This document shows, one piece after another, positions 1 to 9,726 of a stretch of 64,000 nucleotides of DNA. The notes below the pieces were generated by a model. That model saw nothing but the letters and a program-made list of their open reading frames with translations, had not been told where the DNA came from and did no database searches. A program made the position numbers and the translations under genes. Within the stretch, counting starts at the first letter, position 1. Every line of letters begins with the position of its first letter. Source of the DNA: an uncultured Pseudomonadota bacterium (GTDB lineage: Bacteria; Pseudomonadota; Alphaproteobacteria; JACZXZ01); NCBI GenBank assembly GCA_963749075.1, contig CAVVLJ010000017.1, forward strand, positions 704,001 to 768,000. The letters are read 5' to 3'.

Positions 1-140
1 GCCGCGGTCGCCGCGGTGGCATCGAGGGCCACGTCGCGCACCGCGAAGACGTCGCTCCTCTGCTCGGCGGCAGCGGCGCCGGCCACCAGCAACAGGAGCA
101 GCGCAAGGACGGCGAGCGGGCGGCCGGGAAGCTGCAACAT
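1..140 (-). CDS. DUF2066-like exported protein, N-terminal part (runs off the window)
   Basis: Hand translation from ATG 140: [46 protein letters not shown]. Signal peptide plus FxVxxVxxDxTA; usual divergent neighbour of purM in alphaproteobacteria. Confidence 0.65.
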   Translation of the reverse strand, partial: MLQLPGRPLAVLALLLLLVAGAAAAEQRSDVFAVRDVALDATAATA

Positions 141-224
141 TGCAAACGGTTCCGGATCAAGTATTGTCGGCAAGGGGCTCTTTGGCATCGAGGTTATACC
201 CCCTCTCATCCGAGCGAGGAAGCC

Positions 225-1307
225 ATTACCGGCCGGACGCAGGAGCCTACGCGGAGCTACCGGGACGCGGGCGTCGACATCGATGCGGGTGCCGCACTCG
301 TGGAGGCGATCAAGCCCTTTGCGCGTGCCACGCGGCGCGCCGGCGCGGAGGCGGCACTCGGCGGCTTCGGCGCACTCTTCGACCTCAAGGCCGCGGGCTA
401 CCGGGACGCCATCCTGGTGGCGACGACCGACGGGGTCGGCACCAAGCTCAAGGTCGCCATCGCCGCCGGCCGCCACGAGGGCGTCGGCATCGACCTCGTC
501 GCCATGTGCGTCAACGACCTCGTCGTGCAGGGCGCCGAGCCGCTCCTCATGCTCGATTATTTCGCGACGGGCAAGCTCGACGTGGCGCTCGGCGCGGCGG
601 TGGTCAAGGGCATTGCCGCAGGCTGCCGCGAGGCGGGCTGCGCGCTCATCGGCGGCGAGACCGCGGAGATGCCCGGCATGTACCGGGAGGGCGACTACGA
701 CCTCGCGGGCTTTGCGCTCGGCGCCGTCGAGCGCGGCAAGGTGCTGAGCGGCGAAGGCGTTGCCGTGGGCGACGTGGTGCTCGGCCTCGCCGCCTCGGGC
801 GTGCATTCGAACGGCTTCTCGCTGGTGCGCCGCATCGTGGCCGAGAGCGGCCTCGGCTACGGCGACCCCGCACCCTTTGCCGCCGCGGGCACGCTCGCGG
901 AGGCGCTCCTTGTGCCCACGCGCATCTACGTGCGGAGCTGCCTCGCCGCCGCGCGCGCGGGCCTCCTCCAGGCGCTCGCCCACATCACCGGCGGCGGCCT
1001 TCTCGAGAACATCCCGCGCGTGCTGCCTCAAGGGACCGGCGTCGAGCTCGACGCCGCGGCCTGGCCGCTGCCGCCGGTGTTCCACTGGCTCAGGGAGCGC
1101 TCGGGCATCGCCGCGCACGAGCTCGCGCGCACCTTCAACTGCGGCATCGGCATGGCGGCGATCGTCCACCCAGCCGACGCCGGTGCTGCTAAGCGCATCC
1201 TCGAGGCGGGCGGCGAGACCGTCTATCCCATCGGGCGCGTGGTGAGCCTGGCCGCGCCAGCACCCGCGGTCGTCATCCGCGGCATGGACGCCGCGTGGCG
1301 CGGCTGA
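225..1307 (+). CDS. purM: Phosphoribosylformylglycinamidine cyclo-ligase (AIR synthetase)
   Basis: [40 protein letters not shown]. Conserved [11 protein letters not shown] lies in frame upstream of GTG 300; likely start ATT 225 after GAGGA. Confidence 0.97.
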   Translation: MTGRTQEPTRSYRDAGVDIDAGAALVEAIKPFARATRRAGAEAALGGFGALFDLKAAGYRDAILVATTDGVGTKLKVAIAAGRHEGVGIDLVAMCVNDLVVQGAEPLLMLDYFATGKLDVALGAAVVKGIAAGCREAGCALIGGETAEMPGMYREGDYDLAGFALGAVERGKVLSGEGVAVGDVVLGLAASGVHSNGFSLVRRIVAESGLGYGDPAPFAAAGTLAEALLVPTRIYVRSCLAAARAGLLQALAHITGGGLLENIPRVLPQGTGVELDAAAWPLPPVFHWLRERSGIAAHELARTFNCGIGMAAIVHPADAGAAKRILEAGGETVYPIGRVVSLAAPAPAVVIRGMDAAWRG

Positions 1308-1951
1308 GGACAGGGGTCCTCGTCTCCGGGCGCGGCAGCAACCTGCAGGCGCTCATCGACGCCGCGGCGGCGCCGGGCTATCCGGCTGAGATCGTGCTGG
1401 TGATCGCGAACGAGGCGGACGCCCAGGGACTCGCCCGCGCGGCACGCGCCGGCATCCCGGCGCAGCTGATCGAGCATCGCAAGTTCGCCGGCCGCGAGGC
1501 GTTCGAGGCGGCCCTCGACCAGGCGCTCCGCGCGAGCCGCGTCGAGTTCGTGTGCAACGCGGGTTTCATGCGCATCCTGACGGCCGGCTTCGTCGCGGCC
1601 TGGCGCGACAGGCTCGTCAATATCCATCCCTCCCTTCTCCCCGCCTTCCCGGGTCTCGGCACCCACGCGCGGGCACTTGCGGCCGGCGTGCGCATCCACG
1701 GCTGCACCGTGCATTTCGTGCGCGAAGCGCTCGACGACGGCCCCATCATCGTCCAGGCGGCCGTGCCCGTGCTCGCGGACGACGACGAGGCGGCGCTCGC
1801 CGCGCGCGTCCTCGCCGCCGAGCACCGCATCTATCCCATGGCGCTCAAGCTCATCGCGGAAGGGCGCGTGCGCGTGGAGGGCGGGCGCGTGGCGATCGAC
1901 GGCGCCAGCCCGCCCGCGGGCATGCTGCTCAGCCCGGCGGAGGAGAGCTAG
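1295..1951 (+). CDS. purN: Phosphoribosylglycinamide formyltransferase
   Basis: [33 protein letters not shown]; overlaps purM end. Confidence 0.97.
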   Translation: MARLRTGVLVSGRGSNLQALIDAAAAPGYPAEIVLVIANEADAQGLARAARAGIPAQLIEHRKFAGREAFEAALDQALRASRVEFVCNAGFMRILTAGFVAAWRDRLVNIHPSLLPAFPGLGTHARALAAGVRIHGCTVHFVREALDDGPIIVQAAVPVLADDDEAALAARVLAAEHRIYPMALKLIAEGRVRVEGGRVAIDGASPPAGMLLSPAEES

Positions 1952-3279
1952 GCGCCCTCGTCGTACTCCGCCGAGATGTCCTTGCCGGTATAGTCCGGCA
2001 TCAGACCCGCCGAGACCAGACTTATCACCGCGCAGGCGGCGATGTAGATGGCGATGGCGTAGCCCGTGTGGTAGGCGGCGAAGAGCGCCGTCGCGACGAG
2101 CGGCGCCGGACCGCCGGCGATGACCGAGGCGAGCTGGTAGCCGAGCGACGAGCCGCTGTAGCGCAGGCGAGGCGTGAAGGCCTCGGCGATCAGTGCTGCC
2201 TGCGGGCCGTACTGCATATCGTGCGGGATGAGCGAGAGCACGATCGCGATGAACACGGCGGAAGGAATGGCCGTGTCCAGCATGCCGAAATAGAGGAAGC
2301 CGAAGAGGCCGGTGACCGCGGCGCCGATCAAGTACATCTTGCGCCGGCCGATCTTGTCGGAGATATGGCCGAAGAGCGGGATGGAGACGAACGACACGCA
2401 CGAGGCCACGAGCACGGCGACGAGGATCATGTTCCGCGACATCTTCAGCGTGCCGACGCCGTAGGCGAAGACGAAGGCGGTGAAGATGTAGAACGGCGCC
2501 TGCTCGGCCATGCGCAGCAGGGCGGAGAGGATGATCTCGCGCGGCTGCCGCTTGATCACCTCGAGGATCGGCGCCTTCTCGATCTTCTTCTCCGCGACGA
2601 GCTTCCGGAAGGTCGGCGTCTCGAGGATGCCGAGCCGGATCCAGATGCCGATGCCGATCAGGATGACGCTGAGGGCGAATGGCACGCGCCAGCCCCAGGC
2701 CAGGAAATCGGCACCCGACCAGGCGCTGAACCCGAGGATCACGAGGTTCGCCAGGAAGAGGCCCGACGGCACGCCGAATTGCGGCCACGAGGCGACGAGG
2801 CCGCGGCTGCCGTGGGTGCGCGCCCATTCCATCGCGATCAGGACCGAGCCGCCCCATTCGCCGCCGACGCCGATGCCTTGGAGCGCGCGCAGCACGGTCA
2901 GGATGACGGCGCCCCAGATGCCGATCGAGGCGTAGCTCGGCACGAACGCCACGAGGACGGTGGAAATACCCATCAGCAGCAGCGTGGCGATGAGCGTCGC
3001 CTTGCGGCCGATGCGGTCGCCGTAATGCCCGAAGATCGCGGCGCCGATCGGCCGGCCGACGAAGCCGACGAAGTAGGTGCTGAACGCCAACAGCGTTCCG
3101 GTCAGCGGATCCTCGTTGGGAAAGAAGAGCTTCGGAAAGACCAGCCCGGCGGCGGTGCCGTAGATGAAGAAGTCGTACCACTCGATGGTGGTGCCGACCG
3201 TTGCGGCGATCACCGCCTTGCGCAATTCCGCGCTGTGCTCGCTGGCCGAGAGCTTGTCGTACGTGGCCGTGCTGGACAT
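1948..3279 (-). CDS. MFS transporter, metabolite:H+ symporter (MHS) family
   Basis: GTTIEWYDFFIYG, GDRIGRK, QGIGVGGEWGG, WRVPF; start MSSTATYDK after GGAG. Confidence 0.93.
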   Translation of the reverse strand: MSSTATYDKLSASEHSAELRKAVIAATVGTTIEWYDFFIYGTAAGLVFPKLFFPNEDPLTGTLLAFSTYFVGFVGRPIGAAIFGHYGDRIGRKATLIATLLLMGISTVLVAFVPSYASIGIWGAVILTVLRALQGIGVGGEWGGSVLIAMEWARTHGSRGLVASWPQFGVPSGLFLANLVILGFSAWSGADFLAWGWRVPFALSVILIGIGIWIRLGILETPTFRKLVAEKKIEKAPILEVIKRQPREIILSALLRMAEQAPFYIFTAFVFAYGVGTLKMSRNMILVAVLVASCVSFVSIPLFGHISDKIGRRKMYLIGAAVTGLFGFLYFGMLDTAIPSAVFIAIVLSLIPHDMQYGPQAALIAEAFTPRLRYSGSSLGYQLASVIAGGPAPLVATALFAAYHTGYAIAIYIAACAVISLVSAGLMPDYTGKDISAEYDEGA

Positions 3280-3390
3280 GGCTCCGTCCCCCCTCGATGC
3301 CGACAATCCCGTGGTCGTCGGGCTTATCCTTACCAGGATGTACCATTTCGCCCTTTCCAGCAAGACGAAGCCGGCTGGGCTGACGCGCGC

Positions 3391-3424
3391 GGCCGGCATT
3401 CATAGAGGGCCGGCATTCATAGAG
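3391..3424. repeat. Perfect tandem 17-bp duplication (GGCCGGCATTCATAGAG x2)
   Basis: Read directly in the divergent MFS/GFA intergenic region. Confidence 0.9.
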
Positions 3425-3526
3425 GGGATGTCGGCTACAATGACGTCCGCACGCATCTCGCTCTTGGCAGCGGCGCGCGCCTCGGCCTTTTTGGAATCGC
3501 TATAAATTGGCGGCGGGGAGGAGAGC

Positions 3527-3973
3527 ATGGAGAGAACGGCAGACGGGCCAGTACTGCATCGCGGCCGCTGCCTGTGCGGTGCTGTCCGATACGAGGGTCG
3601 GGGAGATCCGGACTGGGTGGGGATCTGCCACTGCGAATCATGCCGGCGCGCGACGGGCGGCGCCCTCGTCGCCTGGTGCGGCTTCCCTCGCGAGCGCCTG
3701 GCGTTCGCAGGCGAATTGCCGGCCTACTACATGTCCTCGCCCGGGGTGCGCCGCGGCTTCTGCCGCCGGTGCGGCACCTCGCTGACCTACGAGAGCGAGC
3801 GCTGGCCGGCGGACGTGCATCTGATCGTCGGCAATTTCGAGCATCCGGAGGCCCTGGCGCCGCAATTCCACGTCTTTGCCGCCGAGCGCCTGCCCTGGCT
3901 CCATCTCGCCGACGGCTTGCCGCGCTACCGTACCGTGCCGAGCGCGGGCGATCTCTTGGAGTCTGCTCCATGA
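3527..3973 (+). CDS. GFA (glutathione-dependent formaldehyde-activating / CENP-V) family protein
   Basis: GRCLCGAV, CHCESCRR, RGFCRRCGTSL zinc-binding pattern. Confidence 0.92.
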   Translation: MERTADGPVLHRGRCLCGAVRYEGRGDPDWVGICHCESCRRATGGALVAWCGFPRERLAFAGELPAYYMSSPGVRRGFCRRCGTSLTYESERWPADVHLIVGNFEHPEALAPQFHVFAAERLPWLHLADGLPRYRTVPSAGDLLESAP

Positions 3974-4108
3974 GACGAACGCGGGCCCGGCCGGCGGCGA
4001 CGGCGGAGAGCAGCCCCGCCTGAGCGCGCTTGCCCCTTGCCGGCCGAGGCCGCCGTCGGGCAATATGCCGGCGAAATTGCCTCACATCGCAGCAGAGCGA
4101 GCGCCGCA

Positions 4109-4231
4109 ATGTCCGCCGACTTCGATCTCCAGCCCCACCTCGACGCCTGGCACCGTTTCATCCGCATGGTCTTCTACGGCGCCGGGTTCGTGGTGACGGT
4201 GCTCGTTCTCCTGGCGATCTTCCTGCTTTAG
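4109..4231 (+). CDS. aa3-type cytochrome c oxidase subunit IV-like small membrane protein
   Basis: 40 aa MSADFDLQPHLDAWHRFIRMVFYGAGFVVTVLVLLAIFLL; D..H...W..F then a single C-terminal TM helix. Confidence 0.7.
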   Translation: MSADFDLQPHLDAWHRFIRMVFYGAGFVVTVLVLLAIFLL

Positions 4232-4240
4232 CGCGCAACG

Positions 4241-4663
4241 CTAACCGACGATCTCCAGCCCGCTGAAGAAGAAGGCGATCTCGCCCGCCGCCGTCTCGGG
4301 CGCGTCGGAGCCGTGCACCGAATTGGCCTCGATCGATTCCGCGAAGTCCTTGCGGATGGTGCCCGGTGCGGCATTGGCCGGATTGGTGGCACCCATGACC
4401 TCGCGGTTGCGGGCCACCGCATTCTCGCCCTCGACCACCTGGACCACCACGGGCCCCGAGCTCATGAACGCCGTGAGGCTCGCGAAGAACGGCCGCTCCT
4501 TGTGCACGGCATAGAAGCGCTCTGCGTCCGCCAGGCTGAGCCTGAGGCGCTTCTGGGCCACGACGCGCAGGCCCGCCTCCTCGAGGCGGGCGTTGATCCT
4601 GCCGGTCAAGTTGCGCCGCGTCGCATCGGGCTTGATGATGGAAAGCGTGCGCTCCACTGCCAT
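4241..4663 (-). CDS. ndk: Nucleoside diphosphate kinase
   Basis: [27 protein letters not shown]. Confidence 0.98.
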   Translation of the reverse strand: MAVERTLSIIKPDATRRNLTGRINARLEEAGLRVVAQKRLRLSLADAERFYAVHKERPFFASLTAFMSSGPVVVQVVEGENAVARNREVMGATNPANAAPGTIRKDFAESIEANSVHGSDAPETAAGEIAFFFSGLEIVG

Positions 4664-4777
4664 GGGGACCTCGATCTCAGCACTCCGCGCAGGGCCGGCC
4701 GCCGTGCGCCGCCGGGCTTATAGACGCCTTGAGCCGCAAGGGCAACCGCTGTATCACCCGGGACCGAGGACCCCACC

Positions 4778-6679
4778 ATGCTGCAGATCGGCGAGCTCAC
4801 CTATCGCGTCGGCGGCCGCGCGCTCTTCGAGCGCGCGAGCGCCGTCATTGCCGACGGCGCGCACGTCGGCCTCGTCGGCCGCAACGGCGCCGGCAAGACG
4901 ACGCTCTTGCGCCTCATCGCGGGCGAGCTCGAGCCCGACGGCGGCGACGTCCGGCTCTCGCCGGGCTTGCGCCTCGGCGTCGTCGCCCAGGAGCTTCCTG
5001 CGCTCGCCCAGAGCCTCCTCGATTTCGTCCTCGCGGCCGACCGGGAGCGCACCGCTCTCCTCGCCGAGGCCGAGCGTGCGCGCGAGCCCCAGCGCATCGC
5101 CGACATCCACCACCGGCTGGCCGACATCGAGGCCCACCGCGCCGCCCCGCGCGCGGCGCGCATCCTGGCAGGTCTCGGCTTCGACGAGGCGGCGCAGCGC
5201 CGGCCGCTCAGCGACTTCTCGGGCGGCTGGCGCATGCGCGTGGCGCTCGCGGCGGCACTCTTCGCCGCCCCCGACCTCCTCCTCCTCGACGAGCCGACCA
5301 ACCACCTCGATCTCGAGGCGACGCTCTGGCTCGAGTCCTATCTCGCGGGCTATCCGCACACGGCGATCGTGGTGAGCCACGACCGCGAGCTCCTCAACAA
5401 GGTGGCGGGCGCCATCCTGCACGTCGACGCCGGCAAGCTCGTGCTCTACAGCGGCGGCTACGACCGCTTCGAGCGCACCCGGCGCGAGCGCCTCGCCTTT
5501 CAGCAGGCACTCTCCGAGCGCCAGGCGGCCGAGCGCCGCCGCATCCAGGCCTTCGTCGACCGCTTCCGCGCCAAGGCCAGCAAGGCGCGCCAGGCGCAGA
5601 GCCGGCTCAAGGCGCTGGCACGCATGGAGCCCATCGCCGCCGTCGCCGAGGAGGAGGCGCCGAGCTTCGATTTCCCGAGCCCCGAGGCGCTGGCGCCGCC
5701 GCTCCTGGCGCTCGACAGGGTCGCCGTCGGCTATGCGCCGGATGCCCCGGTGCTCGAGCGGCTCTCGCTGCGCATCGACCCGGACGACCGCATAGCCCTC
5801 CTCGGCGCCAACGGCAACGGCAAGTCGACGCTCGTCAAGCTGCTCGCCGGCCGCCTCAAGGCCTTGAGCGGCACGCGCCGCGCGCCGGGCAAGCTGCGCA
5901 TCGGCTATTTCGCCCAGCACCAGGCGGACGAGCTCGAGCTCGAGGCGACGCCTTTCGACCACATGCGCCACCTCATGCCCAAGGCGGAGGAGGCCGCGGT
6001 GCGCGCCCAGCTCGGCCGCTTCGGCTTCGCCCAGGCGCGCGCCGAGGTCAAGGTGGCGGGCCTCTCGGGCGGCGAGAAGGCGCGGCTCCTCTTCGCCCTC
6101 ATGAGCCGCTCAGCACCGCACCTCATGCTGCTCGACGAGCCGACCAACCATCTCGACATCGACGCCCGCGAAGCGCTCGTCGAGGCGCTCAACGCCTATG
6201 AGGGGGCGGTCGTGCTAGTGAGCCACGACCCGCACCTCATCGAGCTCGTCGCCGAGCGGCTGTGGCTCGTCGGCAATGGCACGGCAGTCCCTTACGACGG
6301 CGATCTCGAAGACTACCGGAGCGCCCTCCTCGACGAGCGGCGCGGCAGGCCGGAGGCGGGCGCGCGCGCCAAGGACGGCGAGGCCAAGGGCGGCCGCGCG
6401 AGAAAGCGGGAGCAGCGCCGCGCCGCCGCCTCATCACGCGCGGCGGTGGCCCACCTCAAGCGCGCGGCGGCGAGCGCCGAGCGGCGCGTGGCGGAGCTCA
6501 CCCGCGAGAAGGAGCAGCTCGAGGCGAAGCTCGCCGACCCTGCGGTCTACGCCGGGCCCACCGCCACGCTCCTCGCGCTGCAGCTCCGCCACGGCGAGAT
6601 CAAGGCGGCCCTCGCCGCGGCCGAGGAGGCCTGGCTCGCGGCGCAAGGCGGGATCGAGGAGGCGGGCGCCACCCCGTGA
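4778..6679 (+). CDS. ABC-F family ATPase (YheS-like, ribosome-associated)
   Basis: Two ABC domains (GRNGAGKTT / FSGGWRMR / LLDEPTNHLD; GANGNGKST / LSGGEK), no TM segments, C-terminal coiled coil. Confidence 0.93.
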   Translation: MLQIGELTYRVGGRALFERASAVIADGAHVGLVGRNGAGKTTLLRLIAGELEPDGGDVRLSPGLRLGVVAQELPALAQSLLDFVLAADRERTALLAEAERAREPQRIADIHHRLADIEAHRAAPRAARILAGLGFDEAAQRRPLSDFSGGWRMRVALAAALFAAPDLLLLDEPTNHLDLEATLWLESYLAGYPHTAIVVSHDRELLNKVAGAILHVDAGKLVLYSGGYDRFERTRRERLAFQQALSERQAAERRRIQAFVDRFRAKASKARQAQSRLKALARMEPIAAVAEEEAPSFDFPSPEALAPPLLALDRVAVGYAPDAPVLERLSLRIDPDDRIALLGANGNGKSTLVKLLAGRLKALSGTRRAPGKLRIGYFAQHQADELELEATPFDHMRHLMPKAEEAAVRAQLGRFGFAQARAEVKVAGLSGGEKARLLFALMSRSAPHLMLLDEPTNHLDIDAREALVEALNAYEGAVVLVSHDPHLIELVAERLWLVGNGTAVPYDGDLEDYRSALLDERRGRPEAGARAKDGEAKGGRARKREQRRAAASSRAAVAHLKRAAASAERRVAELTREKEQLEAKLADPAVYAGPTATLLALQLRHGEIKAALAAAEEAWLAAQGGIEEAGATP

Positions 6680-6949
6680 GGCGGAGGCGCCTCGGCGAGC
6701 GGCCGCGCGCGCCGTCCCTTTTTTGTCCCTCGCACGCCGGCAGCGTTCAGCTTAGCTTGCTCATCGGCCTACGAAAGCGGCCGCGCCGGGCTGGCGCGAC
6801 TCGAGCGCTCCGTCCACGGATGCGTTGATGCCACAACGATTCAAGAGCGCGCGGTGCCGCGCAATCGAGAGGCAATGCTTGCGCGTGCGACTCCGGAAGA
6901 TTATACGGATTCGAGAGAACCCATTTTGCGACGTTCCGGGAGACCTGCG

Positions 6950-7180
6950 ATGAAGCGTATCCTCATCCCCGTGGTCCTGCTCGCCCTCCTGGGCACGGCG
7001 GCCTGCTCCGGCATGGACGATACCCAGCAGCGCACGCTTTCGGGCGGCACGGCCGGTGCCGTCGGCGGTGCCATCGGCGGTGCCTTGACCGGCTGCATCT
7101 GGTGCGGCGCCGTCGTCGGCGGCGCCGTGGGTGCCGCGGGCGGCTACGTCTACGACCAGGTGAAGAAGGGCGATCTCTAG
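6950..7180 (+). CDS. Small glycine-zipper lipoprotein
   Basis: MKRILIPVVLLALLGTAAC lipobox; GAVGGAIGGA...GAVVGGAVGAAGGY zipper. Confidence 0.85.
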   Translation: MKRILIPVVLLALLGTAACSGMDDTQQRTLSGGTAGAVGGAIGGALTGCIWCGAVVGGAVGAAGGYVYDQVKKGDL

Positions 7181-7206
7181 GCGCGCTGTGCCGCGGCAGC
7201 GCAGCC

Positions 7207-7674
7207 TCACGGTCTCGGCTGGCTCGGCATGGTGAAGACCGGGCTAACGAAGCGCTCTCCGCCTGGCGCCGTCGTGACGACGAACCTGAAGGGGCCGGCT
7301 CCGTAATAGAGGTTGGCGCGACAGGCGGCGACGCACTGGCCCGAGCAGCTGAAGCCGCGCCACGGCACGACGGTGAGAGCGGCTGCCGGGGCAATGCGCA
7401 CCGGGCCGTCAGGCGTCGTGCGCTCGCAACGCGCCACGGCGTTGAACTCCGTCAACACGGCGGTCCAGCCGCCGCCCTCCCTGGCCTCCACCGCGATCTT
7501 CGCCTGAATCTCGACGGGCGCGGTGCCGGGATTGACGATCCGTAGACCTCCATAATGCGCCGTCAACTCGAGGCGGAGCTCCGGCGGCGCCTGGCTCAGC
7601 ACCTGGCTTGGCGGCATCACCCAGGCGGCGGCCGCAAGGACGGCGCTCAGCGCCGCACGTCGAAGAGCGGCCAT
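7207..7674 (-). CDS. Hypothetical exported Cys-containing beta-rich protein (155 aa)
   Basis: ATG 7674, MAALRRAALSAVLAAAAW signal-like N-terminus; C...CSGQCVAAC; overlaps the upstream gene end. Confidence 0.65.
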   Translation of the reverse strand: MAALRRAALSAVLAAAAWVMPPSQVLSQAPPELRLELTAHYGGLRIVNPGTAPVEIQAKIAVEAREGGGWTAVLTEFNAVARCERTTPDGPVRIAPAAALTVVPWRGFSCSGQCVAACRANLYYGAGPFRFVVTTAPGGERFVSPVFTMPSQPRP

Positions 7675-8495
7675 CCGGTGGTCTCCCTGACGTTGGGCTT
7701 GCTCTCCTCCGCCGCGGCGATCTGATTGCAATTCTGGGCCTGGGGCGTCGTCAGCACGCCGACGAAGCGCGCGTCCGTCGGCCGGCCGGCGATCACATGG
7801 CCAACGTTGGCGGAATTTCCGCCGGGCACGGACCTTGCGACGGGCGACCCGGCGGCCGGCGGCAAGGTGAAGCTGCTCTGCCAATTCACGTTCCAATAGA
7901 GGTTCTGCAGGAAATGAAGCTGCCCCGGGCCGCGCAGAACGAGCGAGATGCAGAAGGCGAACTCGAGCTGGCACTCGAACAAAAAATTCATTTGCCCGGT
8001 CGTGCCGTTCGTCCGGGTATAGGCGAAGAAGTCGCCGGGAAAGTCGCGGTGGATGACGCTGAGCGTCAAGGGAAACGTCGGCTTGGCGGGCAACGAGGCG
8101 ACGAACGGCAGCGCCGGACCGCCGGTGACCGGGATTGCCGTCGCCGGCGACGCGCCGGTGCCGTAGAACGGCGCTCCTGCCGTCAGGCAGTCGAAGCACG
8201 CCTGATGAGGCCGCGCCGGCGGCCGTGCGCGCTGGAGGAAGGCACTGCCGTCCTTCTCGGTGCGCCCGCGGTAGGCGGCCCAGTTCGTCTCGATCCATTG
8301 AGCCTGCAGGAAACCCAGGGCCCAGCCGGTTCCGATGTCGCCGGCGGCGCCGTGGAGCGTCGCCGTCCCGACGGCCTCGATGCCGGTCTGGAGGCTGAAG
8401 GAGGCGCCCGACTGGCCGCCCGACGTGGTGGTCGCGACCGGCGCCAACGACGGCCGCTGGGTCACCTTGAATTGAGACGGCGCGACCGTAATCAT
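7647..8495 (-). CDS. Hypothetical protein, possibly FAM78-like (282 aa)
   Basis: Strong RBS (GGGAGGAGGGC-ATG); natural composition unlike the shadow ORFs; WALGFLQA, PFYG and LQNLYW motifs. Confidence 0.8.
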   Translation of the reverse strand: MITVAPSQFKVTQRPSLAPVATTTSGGQSGASFSLQTGIEAVGTATLHGAAGDIGTGWALGFLQAQWIETNWAAYRGRTEKDGSAFLQRARPPARPHQACFDCLTAGAPFYGTGASPATAIPVTGGPALPFVASLPAKPTFPLTLSVIHRDFPGDFFAYTRTNGTTGQMNFLFECQLEFAFCISLVLRGPGQLHFLQNLYWNVNWQSSFTLPPAAGSPVARSVPGGNSANVGHVIAGRPTDARFVGVLTTPQAQNCNQIAAAEESKPNVRETTGWPLFDVRR

Positions 8496-8624
8496 GCCCT
8501 CCTCCCTTGATCGTTCTCAACGCGGCGACGCCGTGCCCCCGGCCGCACATGGCGCACGCACGGGAGGTCCCCCAGGATAGCACCGTGGAAGCGATGGGCG
8601 ACAGCGCCGGTCGAAACGGCCGGC

Positions 8625-9224
8625 TCAGGCGCGCGGCTCGGACGCCCGCTTGGTGAAGCGCCACACGACGGCCGGCGGCACGTTGAGCCACGCCGTGCCG
8701 ACGCGCATGGCACGCCAGCCCCATTCCGCGAGCTTCTCCCGGCGCACCGGCGATTTCGGCCCATAGGTGTATTGGATGAAGGCGCCCGAGTCGTCGAGCA
8801 GGGCGCGCGACTCGGCGAGCACGGCCGCTTGCTGGCGCTCCCCCATGGCGAGGAAAGGGAGGCTCGAGACCACGGCCGCCAGGCGCTCGATGCCGCGCTC
8901 CCGGAGCGCTTGCCCGAGGCTCGCGGCATCGCAGCGCACGATGGCGAGGTTGGGAAAGCGCTTCTGGAGCAGGCGATAGAGCACGCCGTCGCGCTCGACG
9001 ACCATGAGGCGCTCGGCCGGCAGCCCGGTTGCGAGAAGTGCCGCCGTGATGGCGCCCGTGCCGCCGCCGAGCTCGACCACCATGCCCGGCCGCTGCGGGT
9101 CGATCTGGCGCGCCATCAGCCGCGCCAACGCCGCACCGCTCGGCACGATCGACGCCGTCTTGAGGGGATTGCGCAGCCAACGGGCGAAGAAGATGCCGTC
9201 GGTCTTGTCGAGCAGCCTTGCCAT
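8625..9224 (-). CDS. pmtA: Phospholipid N-methyltransferase (rhizobial PmtA type)
   Basis: WLRNPLKTASIVPS, VVELGGGTGAIT, VVSSLP, QYTYG, NVPPA. Confidence 0.8.
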   Translation of the reverse strand: MARLLDKTDGIFFARWLRNPLKTASIVPSGAALARLMARQIDPQRPGMVVELGGGTGAITAALLATGLPAERLMVVERDGVLYRLLQKRFPNLAIVRCDAASLGQALRERGIERLAAVVSSLPFLAMGERQQAAVLAESRALLDDSGAFIQYTYGPKSPVRREKLAEWGWRAMRVGTAWLNVPPAVVWRFTKRASEPRA

Positions 9225-9233
9225 GCGCGATGC

Positions 9234-9683
9234 CTATCCCCTGCGCTCCCACTTGCCGCGCGCGTCCTGCTGCCAATAGACGACCTCGTGGCCGGCCTCC
9301 TTGTAGCTCTGCCAGCGCAGCCGCGACGCGGCCACGGCGGCGGCGTCGTTGCCGTCGAAGAGCTCGAGGCAGCGCGCGAAGCGGGCCACGTCGGCCGAGC
9401 GCGCGCCATCCGCCAGCACCAGGATCTCCGCCCCGTTCGGGTTCTCGTCGCTCTCGGTGAGCCAGACCGGCTGCTCGGCGGCGCTGCCGTCGCGGGCGCT
9501 GCCGTGCGGCAGGAAGCTGCGCTCCTCGTAGGTCCAGAGGAGATTGTCCACCGCCTCGACGCGCTCCTTGGAGCCGAGCATCACGACCGCGCGCTTGCCC
9601 GCGGCGAGCACCTTCTCGAGGAGTGCCGGCAGCGCCGCCTCGAGGCGCTGGCGCTGCAAGTGGTAGAACCAGACCTCGCTCAC
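9234..9683 (-). CDS. holC: DNA polymerase III subunit chi
   Basis: VWFYHL, LWTY..SFLPHG, ENPNGA; follows pepA; GTG start 9683. Confidence 0.93.
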   Translation of the reverse strand: MSEVWFYHLQRQRLEAALPALLEKVLAAGKRAVVMLGSKERVEAVDNLLWTYEERSFLPHGSARDGSAAEQPVWLTESDENPNGAEILVLADGARSADVARFARCLELFDGNDAAAVAASRLRWQSYKEAGHEVVYWQQDARGKWERRG

Positions 9684-9726
9684 CTCGCCTCCGGGGAGCG
9701 GCGGAGGGCGCACCGCGGCACCGCCC

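Noticed and set aside
6680-6725. Rho-independent terminator after the ABC-F gene
   Set aside because: A T-run is present, but I could not define a convincing stem directly before it.
7207-9276. 689-aa ORF spanning pmtA and the FAM78-like gene
   Set aside because: Only the C-terminal 155 aa after ATG 7674 look real; the upstream part is an alternative frame of other genes.
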